NCBI GenBank assembly: GCA_964016885.1
Contig: OZ024748.1
Coordinates: 13,206,001-13,270,000 of the forward strand
Source: Eledone cirrhosa
Lineage: Eukaryota
Direction of reading: 5' to 3'
DNA length: 64,000 bases
Shown here piece after piece: positions 42,989 to 57,976 of this stretch. The translations under genes were made by a program, and so were the position numbers. The notes below the pieces were generated by a model. That model was not told where the DNA came from, made no database searches, and was given only the letters and a program-made list of their open reading frames with translations. The first letter of the stretch is position 1, and each line of letters begins with the position of its first letter.

Positions 42989-43784
42989 TGTTTACATAAC
43001 GTCATCATGTCATCATGTCTATTTAGAACTGTACTGCTTGCCTCTACATAGTGCATGGATTGCAAAACTCTTATTACCAGTATAAGACGTTACTGAGGCT
43101 TTCTTTAAGCCTGGCAGATCCCATCGTTCTCCATGACGGAATACTGCAGATTTCGTCCAGAGAAGGATAGAAATTGAGAGAGTGGGAAGGAGAAAAAGAT
43201 ATAGAGGAAGAATCGATCCCTGTACTAGACTGATACTTTTTTTATTGACCTCGAATGAATGAAAGGCAAAGTTGGTCAAAACATGGTTGTTATAGAACAA
43301 TAAAAAACAACAATAACAATAACAGCAACAAGAAGAATAGTAATTGGGGCTGGCGTTCAACTAACTTTAAACATTTCGGTGAAATCACTTGACCGAATAA
43401 TGTTCTATGTATATCTTAAAATAGAAGCAATATCTATGTGTTGGTCGGAGCCTTTCCGATTTGGGGGAGAATAACGGGGAAACAATTCTTAATCCCGAGA
43501 TCTGATGGAAAAGTTATATATAAACACAAGGTGAAATGAGAATGAAAACAGACAGAAACTGATATAAATGTATTTTACACACATACACATATAAACACAC
43601 ATACACACATATAATGTGGTGATGCCTGTATGTCAGTATTTCAATATGTACGTTTGTGTGTTTGTGTATGTGTAGCAGTTTGTGTGTGTGTACGCGCGTG
43701 TGTAATATGTTTTATTCTAGAAGTAAGAATGTAGGACGAAATGACAGTCGTTACAATAAGAGCCACAATGGAAATGCAATTATG

Positions 43785-43841
<57 letters not shown>

Positions 43842-44315
43842 TATTTCTTTATTAGCCACAGGGGCACAAAAGAAGGGGACAAGATCGTTAGATTATATGG
43901 ATAGATAGAGAGAAACAAACAGTTATTAAGTGTAGGTGAGGAGAAGGGTGAGGGTAAGAAAGTAATATAGAAACCGAAAGAGGTACATGGTGTGAAGGAG
44001 AGAGAGACGAAAGTGAGAGAGAGAGAAAGAGAGAAACAAAATGTTAAGTGTATGTGAGAAGGAGAAAATAATATAGAAACAGAGAAAGGTGCAGGGTGCG
44101 AGAGAGAGACCGAAAAAGAGAGATGTATAGGGTACGAGGAAGAGAGACGGAAGAGAGAGAGAGATAGGGGGAGTAAAGGGCGAGGAAAGCAATATAAAGT
44201 AAGAGAGATGTTAATGGCAGGGAGAGTAAGTTTTAACATTTAAACAATGAGGCGGCCATATTTAAAAAAAAAATGTTTTTATTCTATTGCACTCAATTTC
44301 AACCCCCTCCACCAC

Positions 44316-44403
<88 letters not shown>

Positions 44404-44560
44404 AAACGACTTGATGTATATATCTTTCTACGGAAATGGGCGATTTAATGCTAAATCAAACCATACAAACCCCACATACACCCACTCCATCTACATATAA
44501 ACACACACACACACACACACACTCTCTCTCACTCTCTCTCTCTCTCTCACAAACACACAT

Positions 44561-44633
<73 letters not shown>

Positions 44634-44636
<3 letters not shown>

Positions 44637-44829
44637 CGAAGGAAATGTGGTAAGGAACCAGGTGGGCCATAACGCACCAAAGTACTCAATACTTAGGGTA
44701 GTAGAGTGGGTAATAGGAACGAGTAGGACCCCGACGGCTGAGCTCAAGCCGTTTCGACGGCTAATTCTGGACTAGAATTAGCCGTCGAAACGGCTTGAGC
44801 TCAGCCGTCGGGGTCCTACTCGTTCCTAT
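44634..44829 (-). mobile_element. Family B fold-back element (56-bp perfect inverted arms plus tail)
   Basis: 44713-44768 is the reverse complement of 44774-44829; nearly identical to the 28003 copy in the opposite orientation; TA flanks. Confidence 0.75.
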
Positions 44830-45709
44830 ATATATATGTATGTATGGATATGTGCATATATTTATGAATCTGTGTGTATGCATGTATGGATGTATATATG
44901 TATCTATAGATATATCTATCTATCCATCCATCTCTCACTATACATACGGGGGTGGCGTGGGTTGTGTATGTGTGTGTGGGGGGAATTGAACTAATATATT
45001 CATGTTTATTGATGAAGAACAAGCAAACGACCACAGTTCATATTTTAAAATGAACCAGAAGTAGATCTCACTGTCTAGTACTGCTTCAAACTCCGACATT
45101 GAGACATGCTATATCAAGGTAGTCGTTCTACTAAAACGTGCACGAAGAACCATCGTCACGACACCTCTTACGTTTCTGGTTTCTAATGTCTAACCTCTGT
45201 TTTGAACCATGAGGCTCACCAGGCAAGTGCTCATCCTGGTTTCTGGGGCGTTAAGCCACTGATTGTACAAGACTTGCCCTATGGCAAGTTTGTGTATGCA
45301 ATGGAAAACACAGCAAAAGATAAGATGGCGGTTAACACATAAACTATTCTATTCATGCTCTGAATGTGACATTGTCCAATTATTTTTGGTGAGTTTTTTT
45401 AATCCCATGTCATTCTACCTCAACTAGTAGATTGATCAAATGTGTTACAGCTTTGAACGTCTCATCTCTTTGTATAAAGTAGTATTATTTTATCTAATAT
45501 GTAATAGTTTTTTTAATCCTTCACCTATTACTGGTACTCATTTCATTCTGAGTATACTGGAGCAACGTGAAATGAAATGTTTTGCCCAAGACCACAACAC
45601 ATAACCCAGTCGCCTCAATAATATTTTCTTCCCAAATCCACAAACGGCGCGAACAAAACTTTCAATTGATTAATTTTATATAATGTCTTATATAGGAGAA
45701 ATCAGTTAT

Positions 45710-46015
45710 ATTGGTACTCCGTCGGTTACGAAGAGGAATGTTCTACTTGAAACAATCAATAGAACAGCCTAAACGTGAAATTAACTGGCAACTGGCTGAG
45801 CTTTCCTTAGACACACGTATCCTTAACGGAATTCTCAGGAAGATTCCGTGTGAACCATAATGTTGCAGGGGTGAGCCTCCCAATCAGAGATTCATTTCGT
45901 TTTGAGTTGAATGGAGGATGGAGAGATAAAGTGTCTTACTCAAAGACATAACCTCCTGCCTGGAATCGAACTCACGACCTTACGATCGTGACACAAATAC
46001 CCAAACCATTTAACT
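45710..46015 (-). mobile_element. CORE-like SINE with a different tail
   Basis: ggaatcgaactcacgaccttacgatcgtga (reverse B box) and aaagtgtcttactcaaagaca (reverse CORE-like). Confidence 0.65.
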
Positions 46016-46160
46016 GGCAACTGTGAATGAGCACAGGATTTCTATAGATACTTGTATTGTGCTCCTGTATTCCGTACATTCCCACTTGTTTTTATGGGGA
46101 AAGGTACATACGTATGTATGTATATATGTCTATCCACACACTCTCAGACTCACACGCACG

Positions 46161-46288
<128 letters not shown>

Positions 46289-47015
46289 GAGAGAGAGGGG
46301 CGGAGAGATTTACAGATATACATAGATATATATAGAATGTGTAGGCATATACATATATCTATATGATGCCATATATAAACACTCTCTAACTTCCTTTCTC
46401 TATCTCAATCTGTATGATTAAATTTTAAACATTGATTTGGATTGTTTTCCTATCGAGATGACAACCACAATCCAGAGTTTGACATTGACAATGACCAAAG
46501 CCAAATTATAACCCGAATTCTATAATCTGTAAATTCTCATATTGGAATTCTTATAGTATATATTGGTTTCAAAGAAGCAGGATTTGATTAACAGGGACAC
46601 AGATATTGATGAGACACAAAGGTAATTTACTGAGATAAAAGCAATTATAAATATTTATATTAACGGGTTTATAACATTGCACTAAAATTGATCATATATC
46701 TGCAAGTTTGTGTATGCAATGAAAAACACAGCAAAAGAAAAGATGGCGATTAATAGATAAACTGTTCCGTTCATGCATTGGATGTGACATTGTCCGATTA
46801 TTTTTCGTTGAGTTTTTTTTAGCCCCATCTCACTCTACATCAACTAGTAGAATGATCAAATGTGTTACAGCTTTAAACGTCTCATCTCTTTGCATAAAGG
46901 AGCATTATTTTATGTAATATGTAATTATTTTTTAAAAACAGATAAGGTTAAGAGGGAGAGAATGGTGTTATTTCTAACATTTCTCCTATATTTATATATT
47001 TATTTTATACACATG

Positions 47016-47077
<62 letters not shown>

Positions 47078-47284
47078 GGAGGTGAGTTTTATTGTAGTAC
47101 AATGTTGATATGTTGATTTAAAACTGCACTATCCACAAGTGTTTTTTAGCCTTCATATCATGTTCTCCTGTTTTATCTGATGAAAACACAAATATTATTG
47201 CATGATGATGTTTGTTTTTGAAATGCGCATAATAAAATACATGGAACTCCTTTAACCATCTTTTGATCTTATATTATCTATCTA

Positions 47285-47327
<43 letters not shown>

Positions 47328-47423
47328 TAAAATAACAGATTAAAGTTTAAGCAAAGAATCGCTGCTTTCACCCTTAACGTTATTATTACTATATATATAT
47401 ATATATATATGTATGTATATATG

Positions 47424-47601
<178 letters not shown>

Positions 47602-47622
47602 TATGTATATATATATATATAT

Positions 47623-48040
47623 ATCATCATCACCATCATCACCATCCTCATAATAATTGCGACGAGAGTCGAACATTCCTGATAAAGTCACAATTTTCAA
47701 CTGTTCCCTACTGAGGTTTTATCATTTGAGAGTTGATCGATGAAGATTCGAGTAGGTCTTCCTCTACTGCGTCTCCCATAATTTAGTTCCCACCATAGTA
47801 ACTTGTGTATAGCCTCCAGCTTACTTACTCAGTAATGTCTTACAAATCGTAACTGTCTTTGAGCAATTTGTATTTGTTATCTTATGCAAGTAACTTTCAT
47901 TTACAATACGTTGATGCCAGTTTATATTCCGTACAACCATAAGCATTTTAGTGAATGCACCATCTACTTTCTTCTCAAAACCTTGTGTCAGGGTTCATTT
48001 AACTGATCCATTCAACAACACTGACTCAACCGTTGTTACA
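47623..48040 (-). mobile_element. RTE/RTE-X LINE 3' fragment with (GAT)n tail
   Basis: Minus translation gives TVESVLLNGSVK*TLTQGFEKKVDGAFTKML...NINWHQRIVNE...LRFVRH...LLWWELNYGRRSRGRPTRIFIDQL, the RTE C-terminal pattern; ends in gatggtgatgat repeats. Confidence 0.85.
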
Positions 48041-48626
48041 TTCAAAGCATACTTCAGCATAACTTTTAACATGCTATAAGGATTTAGCAGAAAATATATA
48101 AAAGCAGATTCGTCCTGTCAAATACTTTTAGTTTATTTACTATTACATAAATTATTGTGATAATCTGCAGTATTGACTCCTAACATACTTTAATGATGTA
48201 GCAGAACCTACATAAACATAGGTTTGTTGAGGCAAATGTTTAAAGTAGTACTTTAAAAATCATTGTAAAAAAGTGTTCTATATCAGAAACAAGGCATCAA
48301 TCGTCAGTGATAATGCAGTCCGAATGATGTTTTAAACCATTAAAGAATGACGTGCTAATGTAGTTTCATGATGCTTGCTAATGCAAATGCTTATAGTATC
48401 TTTAGTAGTGGACAGACAGACTGTTGTGACAATTTGCAGTATTGGTGTAAAGACATCAACCATTGAGATGTTACAGGAACAATTGTTGCTTTAAACTTTG
48501 AAAGAATGTCGTGTCAGTGCAGTTTTTTGTGGATCAGGTTTTTAAAATCGATCGGTGTTAACCGTAAGAATATGGGGCTTCTGATTGTGAATTTGTTCCA
48601 AAATGACAGGGAGTAAATAAAGCAAT

Positions 48627-49165
48627 CAGTGCTGGATTTACCTATAAGCTACATAAGCTATGGCTTAGGGACACATCCCCTCAGGTGCCTCATTTAAAAA
48701 AAATACATTTTTACTTTTTAATGCCGCATGTGAAATAAATTAATTAGTTACGTTAAACAATTTGTAACTAATATAATTCCAGCGCATCTCCTTTACCATC
48801 CTCCGTGGAAACGCCTTCTCCATTCTGTCCGCCGGAGCTATGGGGTGGCCAGCACGTGGGACCCCATTTGCTCATAATACAGAGAGATGGGGAGGGCGAG
48901 AGAAATGGAGGCGATGACAGTGGGAAATCGGCACTTTCGTGTTCGGATTCATTACACTAGTCATGTGGATCATGTAATATTTTTCTAGAAATCTGTAGCG
49001 TAATTTTGGACTTAACAATATGAATGAAACTCATTCATTGACTAACATAATAATGTAATCATTAATAAATAATAATAATGTTTAATTATTTAATATTTAC
49101 AAAAATGTTTATAGAGAAGGGGCTCAAATTACATATATCTCAGAGCTTCAACAAGCTGTGGTGGC
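48627..49165. mobile_element. Possible degraded hAT-type non-autonomous element
   Basis: Starts CAGTGCTGGATTTACCTATAAGCT...gcttaggg, resembling hAT MITE termini; the right end is not clearly recoverable. Confidence 0.3.
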
Positions 49166-49381
49166 AGATATTTATGATAAGGCAGCAATAGTTGACTGAC
49201 TGCAGTTAAGTATTAATAAGATGCATCGTAAGCATTCCGCTACAGTGAATATTTATAGGCACATGCTAGCCCACATTCATGAAAAGCAAAGATCCAAGCA
49301 AACATATACAGCAATATATATATGCATATATACATACACGCATACGTACGTACATACGCACATATTTATATATGAATGTAT

Positions 49382-49412
<31 letters not shown>

Positions 49413-49421
49413 TTTAGGTCT

Positions 49422-49547
<126 letters not shown>

Positions 49548-49552
49548 ATATA

Positions 49553-49594
<42 letters not shown>

Positions 49595-49727
49595 TATATA
49601 TATATATATATATATTGATAATTTTAAGTGCCTATTTATACACTTGCATCTAGCAATACTAATTACACGCACTTATATAGAATGCAAATATATGCACATT
49701 GATATATATGTATGTATATATATATAT

Positions 49728-49788
<61 letters not shown>

Positions 49789-49818
49789 TATACATATATA
49801 TGTATATGTATGTATATA

Positions 49819-49899
<81 letters not shown>

Positions 49900-50027
49900 T
49901 TATATAAACATATATATATATATAGGTATAAATAGTTAAACATAGGAACAGAGGCACACACCCAGATATCTATCTATCTCTATCTATCTATCTATCTATC
50001 TATCTACCCCTCCCCCCACACACACAG

Positions 50028-50088
<61 letters not shown>

Positions 50089-50248
50089 TGTGCGCGAGTG
50101 GGGCTTTTGTTCTGCGTGTGCATGTATATATTATATATAAATATAAGGAAGTACTTATTAAATAATATTTAATTTTTTATAACTTGTAAATTAGCACTTA
50201 AACATATAAATACACTGGGCTATAGTTATTAAAACCTCACCAATATTG

Positions 50249-50683
<435 letters not shown>

Positions 50684-50686
50684 TCT

Positions 50687-50723
<37 letters not shown>

Positions 50724-51082
50724 TGTGTGTGTGTGTGTGTTCACGTCTGTAATTTAACCATTGGAGCGTGTATATATATGTCTGAGTACGTAAATGTGTG
50801 TGCACCTGTAAATGTTTGGTTATGTTTACATATTAATAAACATTGTTTAATAAATATATACATCAATGCTTTCGGCTCAGGTGATATAACCTTTTCGCAC
50901 CTGTTGCTATAATCATACCAATTTATATACATAAGTAGCCACACACATATACATATACACTTCTGTAAGTAGATACATAAACGCGCACACTAAACTCATA
51001 CACGCACTCCTGTACCACTCTCATACAAACGCACACACTCATTCATACATACATACACACACTCTCTCTCACACACACACAC

Positions 51083-51135
<53 letters not shown>

Positions 51136-51276
51136 CACTACCTACATACATGGAACATATATATATATATAAATAAATATATATATATATATACACATAC
51201 ATATAAGTGTGTGTGTGTGTGTGTATGTCTATATATATATATATTTATATATATATATTTATATATATATATATAT

Positions 51277-51415
<139 letters not shown>

Positions 51416-51715
51416 GAGATATATATGTGTGCGCGTGTGTGTGTGTGTTTGTATATGTATGTGTCTGTGTCACACGCGTGTATATATTTGTTGCCTATAT
51501 ATTAGACTATTTACACACTCCCCATTTCAACATGTACACGTGTATATACAATTATTATTAGAGAGTCAACACGTTAGTTGTTACTGCCTCATTTGTATAA
51601 AACTTCCAGCTCGTCATCAATAATATAATTATTGTTATTAGTAAAGATTTTAACTAATTATAAGGCTGCTGTTGAACTAACTAATGAATAATCACCAACA
51701 TGGCACTGCTTCTCA

Positions 51716-52250
51716 GTGTGATGGTGATGGTGATTGTGATGGTGGTGGTGGTGGTGGTGGTGATGGTGGTGATTATGTTGATGATGACCATGGTGATTGT
51801 GGTGGGTCGTGGTGGTGGTGGTGGTGGTTATGTTGATGGTGGCGATGGTGATTGTGGTTATGTTGATGGTGGCGATGGTGATTGTGGTTATGTTGATGGT
51901 GGTGGTTGTGGTGTTGGTGATGGTGGTTATGTTGATGGTGGCGATGGTGATTGTGGTGGGTGGTGGTGGTGGTGGTTATGGTGCTCATGATGGTGGTGGT
52001 GGTGCTGGTTATGTTGATGATGGCGATGGTGATTGTGATGGTTATTGTGCTCATGATGTTGATGTTGGTGGTGGTGATTGTGATGGTGATGGTGATGGTA
52101 GTGTTTATGTTGATGATGGTGGTGATATTTATGGTGATGGTGATGGTGATGGTGGTGGTTATGGTGATACTGATGATGCTGGTGATATTTATGTTAATGG
52201 TGATTTTGATGGTGATGATGACGATGATGATGATGATGATGATTTTGTTG
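51716..52250. repeat. GGT/GAT microsatellite
   Basis: Directly visible. Confidence 0.95.
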
Positions 52251-52280
52251 ATGTGCCTGAATCAGAAACCATTATTATTA

Positions 52281-52605
52281 TGGATTGGCAGTATCGGTAG
52301 ACAACATTCTCTATGGCATAGAGTTACGGCCCTTTACGTTCTGAGTTCAAATCGCGCCGAGGTTAGCTTTGCCTTTCATCCTTAGGGGGGTCGATAACAT
52401 AAAGTACCAGTAACTCGCTGAGGCCGATTTAATTGCCCCCCCCCCCGTCAAAATTGCTGGCCTTGTGCCTCAAGTAGAAACAATTATTATTATAGATTGG
52501 CTTTATCGGCATAGCATCTGACAACACGCTTTGTGGCATAGAGTTGCTGCTCTTTACGTTCTGAGTTCAAATCCCGCCGAGGTTTGCTTTGCCTTTCATC
52601 CTTAT
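52281..52605 (+). mobile_element. Two tandem main-family SINEs
   Basis: ggattggcagtatcggtag...gttctgagttcaaatc occurs twice. Confidence 0.85.
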
Positions 52606-52624
52606 AGAATTGTTTTCTTTGATG

Positions 52625-53715
52625 AGATCTTCAAAATCCGGATCTATGTGATAGCGGACCACAACCAGTTGACTTAGATATCATTAAATTCGTCTCCATC
52701 AACTCACTATAAGTTTCCTGATGATTCGCGCTGTTAACAAATGGCGAGGTTTTTGAAGTAATGCACACACCCTGCGCATTTGAGACAAGACTTCCTTGTA
52801 TATATGGTCCTGTCTCCTCGAACATTGCACCCACCCTGCACATTGGAGACAAGTCTTCCTTGTATATATGGTCCTGTCTCCTCCAACATTGCACCCACCC
52901 TGCACATTGGAGACAAGTCTTCCTTGTATATATGGTCCTGTCTCGTCGAACATTTCACACACCCTGCGCATTGGAAACAAGATTTCCTTGTATATATGGT
53001 CTTGTCTCTTAGAACATTCCACACACCCTGCACATTGTATATGTGGTTCCTAATAATTTGGGTTTTGATAGCTTAGTCTTAAGAAGCCTTGAAAGTCCAT
53101 TCTGTTCCCTTCTTTAGGCTTCCTTTTCTAAACTAACCCCATATATGTTTGTTTCTCTGGGTTTTTTTTTAGTTCCTTGTTCAAACTGTTCTTGTAATGC
53201 TTTTTTGTTCCCATAAATTATTATGCATTCTTTACACCTCGTCCTTACTTTTTCTCCCTTTCCTTTCTTAATATTAGTTCATTTTTCATTGCTTCCATCT
53301 ATGTAATTAATCGGGTTTTTCTTTTCCATGCTCATATATTATTCAACACCAACAAGCACTTGATCTCTTCCTCTCCTCTTCATATACAGCCGGTACACGT
53401 CTGCCCTTGAGTGATGGTACCATGCATGGTCAACTATTTTCTATCCATTACTTGGAGCTTCATTTCAGTCCAATCTGTAACACCAGCTCCGTACCTTATC
53501 ACTGAAACAGTTTATGCATTAATTGCTATAATCATGTTTCTACCATTTAGTTTGCTCTTAAGAATTTTCCGAATCCTTCTGAAGTACTCACTACTTATTA
53601 TCTCCTTTGTGCTGCATTTCGTCTGTTTCCCAAACATCCAAATACTTGTAGCTGGAACTTTCTTTTATTGATCTTATGTTTTCTTCCTTGGCTCCTCATA
53701 AATATCCCCCTTGTC
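52625..53715 (-). mobile_element. Degraded Dong/R4-clade non-LTR retrotransposon (RT C-terminus, thumb, zinc knuckle)
   Basis: Manual translation across frameshifts gives SYKYLDVWETD..., EYFRRIRKILKSKLNGRNMIIAINA*TVSVIRYGAGVTDWT, MDRK, LTMHG..SRADVYRLYMKR, then CRV..MFEETGPYI (CxxC..ET..HI-like). This matches my recollection of the R4/Dong ORF pattern. Confidence 0.85.
52764..53037. repeat. 64-bp tandem repeat x~4.3 inside the Dong/R4 remnant
   Basis: Unit starts at 52764, 52828, 52892, 52956 and 53020. Confidence 0.95.
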
Positions 53716-53734
53716 AAGGTCAACACAAAACATC

Positions 53735-54500
53735 GTGGATTAGCAGTATCGATAGAGCTTTGGACAACCGGCTTCACACTGTACAGTTATGGCCCTTTAC
53801 GTTCTGAGTTCAAATCCCGCCGAGGTTAACTTTGCCTTTCATCCTTACGGGGTCGGTAAAATAAAGTACCAGTAATGCACTGGGGTCGATTTAATCGACT
53901 TTCCCCTCTCCCCAAAATTGCTGGCCTTGTGCCTATATCAGAAACTATTATTATTATTATCATCATCATCGTCATCTTTAATATTATTAGGGTGGGGATT
54001 GGCAGTATGGGTACAACGTCGGGCTATATACTTTGTGGCATATAATTACGGTCCTTTACGTTCTGAGTTTAAATCTTGCCTGGGAGTCAATAAAATAAAG
54101 TACCAGTAACAAAATGGGGTCGATTTAATCGACTTTCCCAGACTTCCATATTGCTAGTCTTCTACCAAATGCAGAAACAATTATTAATATTATTATTATT
54201 GAGTCTTTGGGGTTGGAGAATGGTTAAAACATCGAACAAAATGATTTGAAGTATTTGTTCGGACCCTTTGTGTTCTAAGTTCAAATCGATAAAATGAAGT
54301 CATGGACTGTGTTAATATAATGCTCAACCCCAAACCACTGGCCTTCTCTCTCAATTAGAAACTATTATTACCAATATTATCTTGCCTGTCCTCCTATTTG
54401 AGGTCTATAAAACAAGTACCAGTCCAGGGGTTTACAGATTGGCGGAATTGTTAAAAGTTGGTATCTGATACAATGTCTGTTCTGGGTTCAAATTCTGCCT
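53735..54500 (+). mobile_element. Array of four main-family SINEs, progressively more diverged
   Basis: B-box-containing copies at ~53735, 53989, 54208 and 54436, separated by (ATT)n. Confidence 0.8.
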
Positions 54501-54724
54501 CCTTCAGCCAGGAGTTGTGAGATTTAAATAATATTAGCAATAGAATGACCAATGAAAACATTGTTTCCTTGATCCGAACTAACGACCTGCTCCCGTCCTT
54601 ATTTTTTCCTTTAAAGAAAGGTCCTATAAATGGTGTAAATGAAGCTTAAACTAAAAACCGTGTCAACGAGCCCATTCACAAGTTTTTAGTTTTTTTATAT
54701 TGATATTTAAAAAACATCGTTTAA

Positions 54725-54944
54725 CCCATTAGTCTTTAAACCGGCCGTATCCGGCAGAATTCTCTCACCTTTTTCTGTTTAAGCCAGTCATAATCGGCTG
54801 CTCATACTTATGTTAAGGCATTGTTCTCAAAATAAATACTATCAAGATCTCATATTTTCAATATTATGTGAGATAATTATGTAAGGTAACGCCTTTTCTG
54901 TGAAAATACAATAGTAAATATAGAGTAATGTGAATGCTAAAGGG
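54725..54944. mobile_element. piggyBac-like MITE
   Basis: TTAA|CCCATTAGTCTTTA ... TGAATGCTAAAGGG|TTAA: CCC/GGG ends with a TTAA target duplication. Confidence 0.75.
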
Positions 54945-55316
54945 TTAAGTGAGATATACCAAGTTTTGTTCTCTCTGGCTTATACTCCCATAAATAGAGT
55001 TTTTTCCATTTAAATTTAATATATAATATTGCTTCTCTGAGTGATATCTGATCTATATATTTTATCCAGTTATTGAGATGGTTAAGTATTAGAGACTAAT
55101 TAATATTTAATTATTTATAAGCTGTTTGTGATTTGTTGAGCTGTCAAACGATCTTTTGGTTGCTTTTCCTATGTAAAGTTATACTGAGATATTGACGGCG
55201 GCGGTGTAGTTAAGTTATAAAATGAAGTTGACGGTGATGATGTAGTTAGGTTATGCTGTGAAGTTGGCGTGGTGGTGTAGTTAAATTGTACAGTGGAGTT
55301 GATGGTGGTGGTGTAG

Positions 55317-55500
55317 TTTGGCAGTATCGGTGGAGGATCAGACACCATGTTTTGTTTTCCAGCATAGTTATGTCTCTTTATTGTCTGAGTTGAAATCCCA
55401 CCGAGGTTAACTTTGCCTTTCATTCTTACGGGGTTCATAAAATAAAGTACCAGTAATTCACTGGATAATCGCTGGCCCTTGTGCCAAAAGTAGAAACAGT
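55317..55500 (+). mobile_element. Main-family SINE
   Basis: ttggcagtatcggtggagg...ctttgcctttcattcttacgggg...gtagaaacagtt. Confidence 0.85.
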
Positions 55501-55759
55501 TATATAATGAAGTTGACGGTGGTGGTGTAGTTTTATTATATGTGAGAATTGATGGTGGTGGTGTTAAATTATATTTCTGCAGAGGAGATTGCGATAGTGG
55601 TGGTAGTGGTAGTAGTAGAAAAGTTATATTTTACACTACGTATAGAGGCACTGGTGGTGATGTTACGTTAGAGATGGTGGTGGTGGTGGGGTCGTTAAAT
55701 ATTATTTCTACAGTAGATATGGTTGTGGTGGTATGGTGAAGTTATATCTTACACTACAT

Positions 55760-57026
55760 ATAGTGGCGGTGGTGGAGTTAAGTTATATATTGTACAGTGG
55801 ATATGGTAGTGGTGGGGTTAGGTTCTATATTGTACAGTGGAAATGGTGGTGGTGGGGTTATGTTCTATATTGTACAATGGAAATGGTGGTGGTGGTGTTA
55901 TGTTCTATATTGTACAATGGAAATGGTGGTGGTGGGGTTACGTTCTATATTGTACAGTGGAAATGGTGGTGGTGGGGTTATGTTATATATTGTACAGTGG
56001 AAATGATGGTGGTGGTGGAGTTACGTTATATATTGTACGTGGATATGGTGGTGGTGGTGGTGGAGTTAAGTTATATATTGTACAGTGGATATGGTGGTGG
56101 TGGTGGTGGTGGAGTTAAGTTATATATTGTACAGTGGATATGGTGGTGGTGGTGATGGAGTTAAGTTATATATTGTACAGTGGATATGGTGGTGGCGGTG
56201 GTGGAGTTAAGTTATATATTGTACAGTGGATATGGTAGTGGTGGGGTTAGGTTCTATTGTACAGTGGAAATGGTGGTGGTGGGGTTATGTTCTATATTGT
56301 ACAGTGGAAATGGTGGTGGTGGGGTTACGTTCTATATTGTACAGTGGAAATGGTGGTGGTGGGGTTATGTTATATATTGTACAGTGGAAATGATGGTGGT
56401 GGTGGAGTTACGTTATATATTGTACGTGGATATGGTGGTGGTGGAGTTAAGTTATATATTGTACAGTGGATATGGTGGTGGTGGTGGTGGAGTTAAGTTA
56501 TATATTGTACAGTGGATATGGTGGTGGTGGTGGTGGTGGAGTTAAGTTATATATTGTACAGTGGATATGGTGGTGGTGGTGGTGGAGTTAAGTTATAGAT
56601 TGTACAGTGGATATGGTGGTGGTGGTGGTGGTGGAGTTAAGTTATAGATTGTACAGTGGATATGGTGGTGGTGGTGGTGGTGGAGTTAAGTTATATATTG
56701 TACAGTGGATATGGTGGTGGTGGTGGTGGAGTTAAGTTATATATTGTACAGTGGATATGGTGGTGGTGGTGGTGGTGGAGTTAAGTTATATATTGTACAG
56801 TGGATATGGTGGTGGTGGTGGTGGAGTTAAGTTATATATTGTACAGTGGATATGGTGGTGGTGGTGGTGGTGGTGGTGGAGTTAAGTTATAGATTGTACA
56901 GTGGATATGGTGGTGGTGGTGGTGGTGGAGTTAAGTTATATATTGTACAGTGGATATGGTGGTGGTGGTGGTGGTGGAGTTAAGTTATATATTGTACAGT
57001 GGATATGGTGGTGGTGGTGGTGGTGG
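55760..57026. repeat. ~40-58 bp minisatellite with variable (GGT)n
   Basis: ggagttaagttatatattgtacagtggatat(ggt)n, more than 25 units. Confidence 0.95.
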
Positions 57027-57139
57027 CGATTTCACTGATTAAAGAAGAGGAGTAATCAAAGATATTCCCAGCTATTTTCAAAGGCAAATAACAACACATT
57101 TATTATAAACATTCCCATTCAATATATGTATATACATAC

Positions 57140-57216
<77 letters not shown>

Positions 57217-57312
57217 CATATATATATATATCATATATATATATATGTGCATTTATGTGTGTAAAATATACATGCATGTATATATGCAAATGTTATATTT
57301 ATGCATACATAA

Positions 57313-57385
<73 letters not shown>

Positions 57386-57438
57386 TATATTGTGCTATGC
57401 ATATGAGCATACAAGCATATATCTATGGATATGATTGC

Positions 57439-57572
<134 letters not shown>

Positions 57573-57588
57573 ATATACATACATATAT

Positions 57589-57735
<147 letters not shown>

Positions 57736-57976
57736 ACATATATATATATGTATATATTCTATATTTTACTATATACGCAGTGAAGAATTAAGTTGGCTAT
57801 TTTGAAGCTAATATATGGGTTAACACATATTTTTACATTCTTTCCCAGAGATAATGGAACTCTTGTGATTAGAAACCGAAACATCACACATTGTTTCCTG
57901 TAATTGCTCATAATTCACGGCTTTTATCTCACATGTATAAAGGAAGTTCTGTTTTAAGAATGGATTTCATGAGGAA

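Noticed and set aside
52631-53076. Overlapping Cys-rich ORFs suggesting a zinc-finger gene
   Set aside because: Produced by a 64-bp tandem repeat within a decayed LINE.
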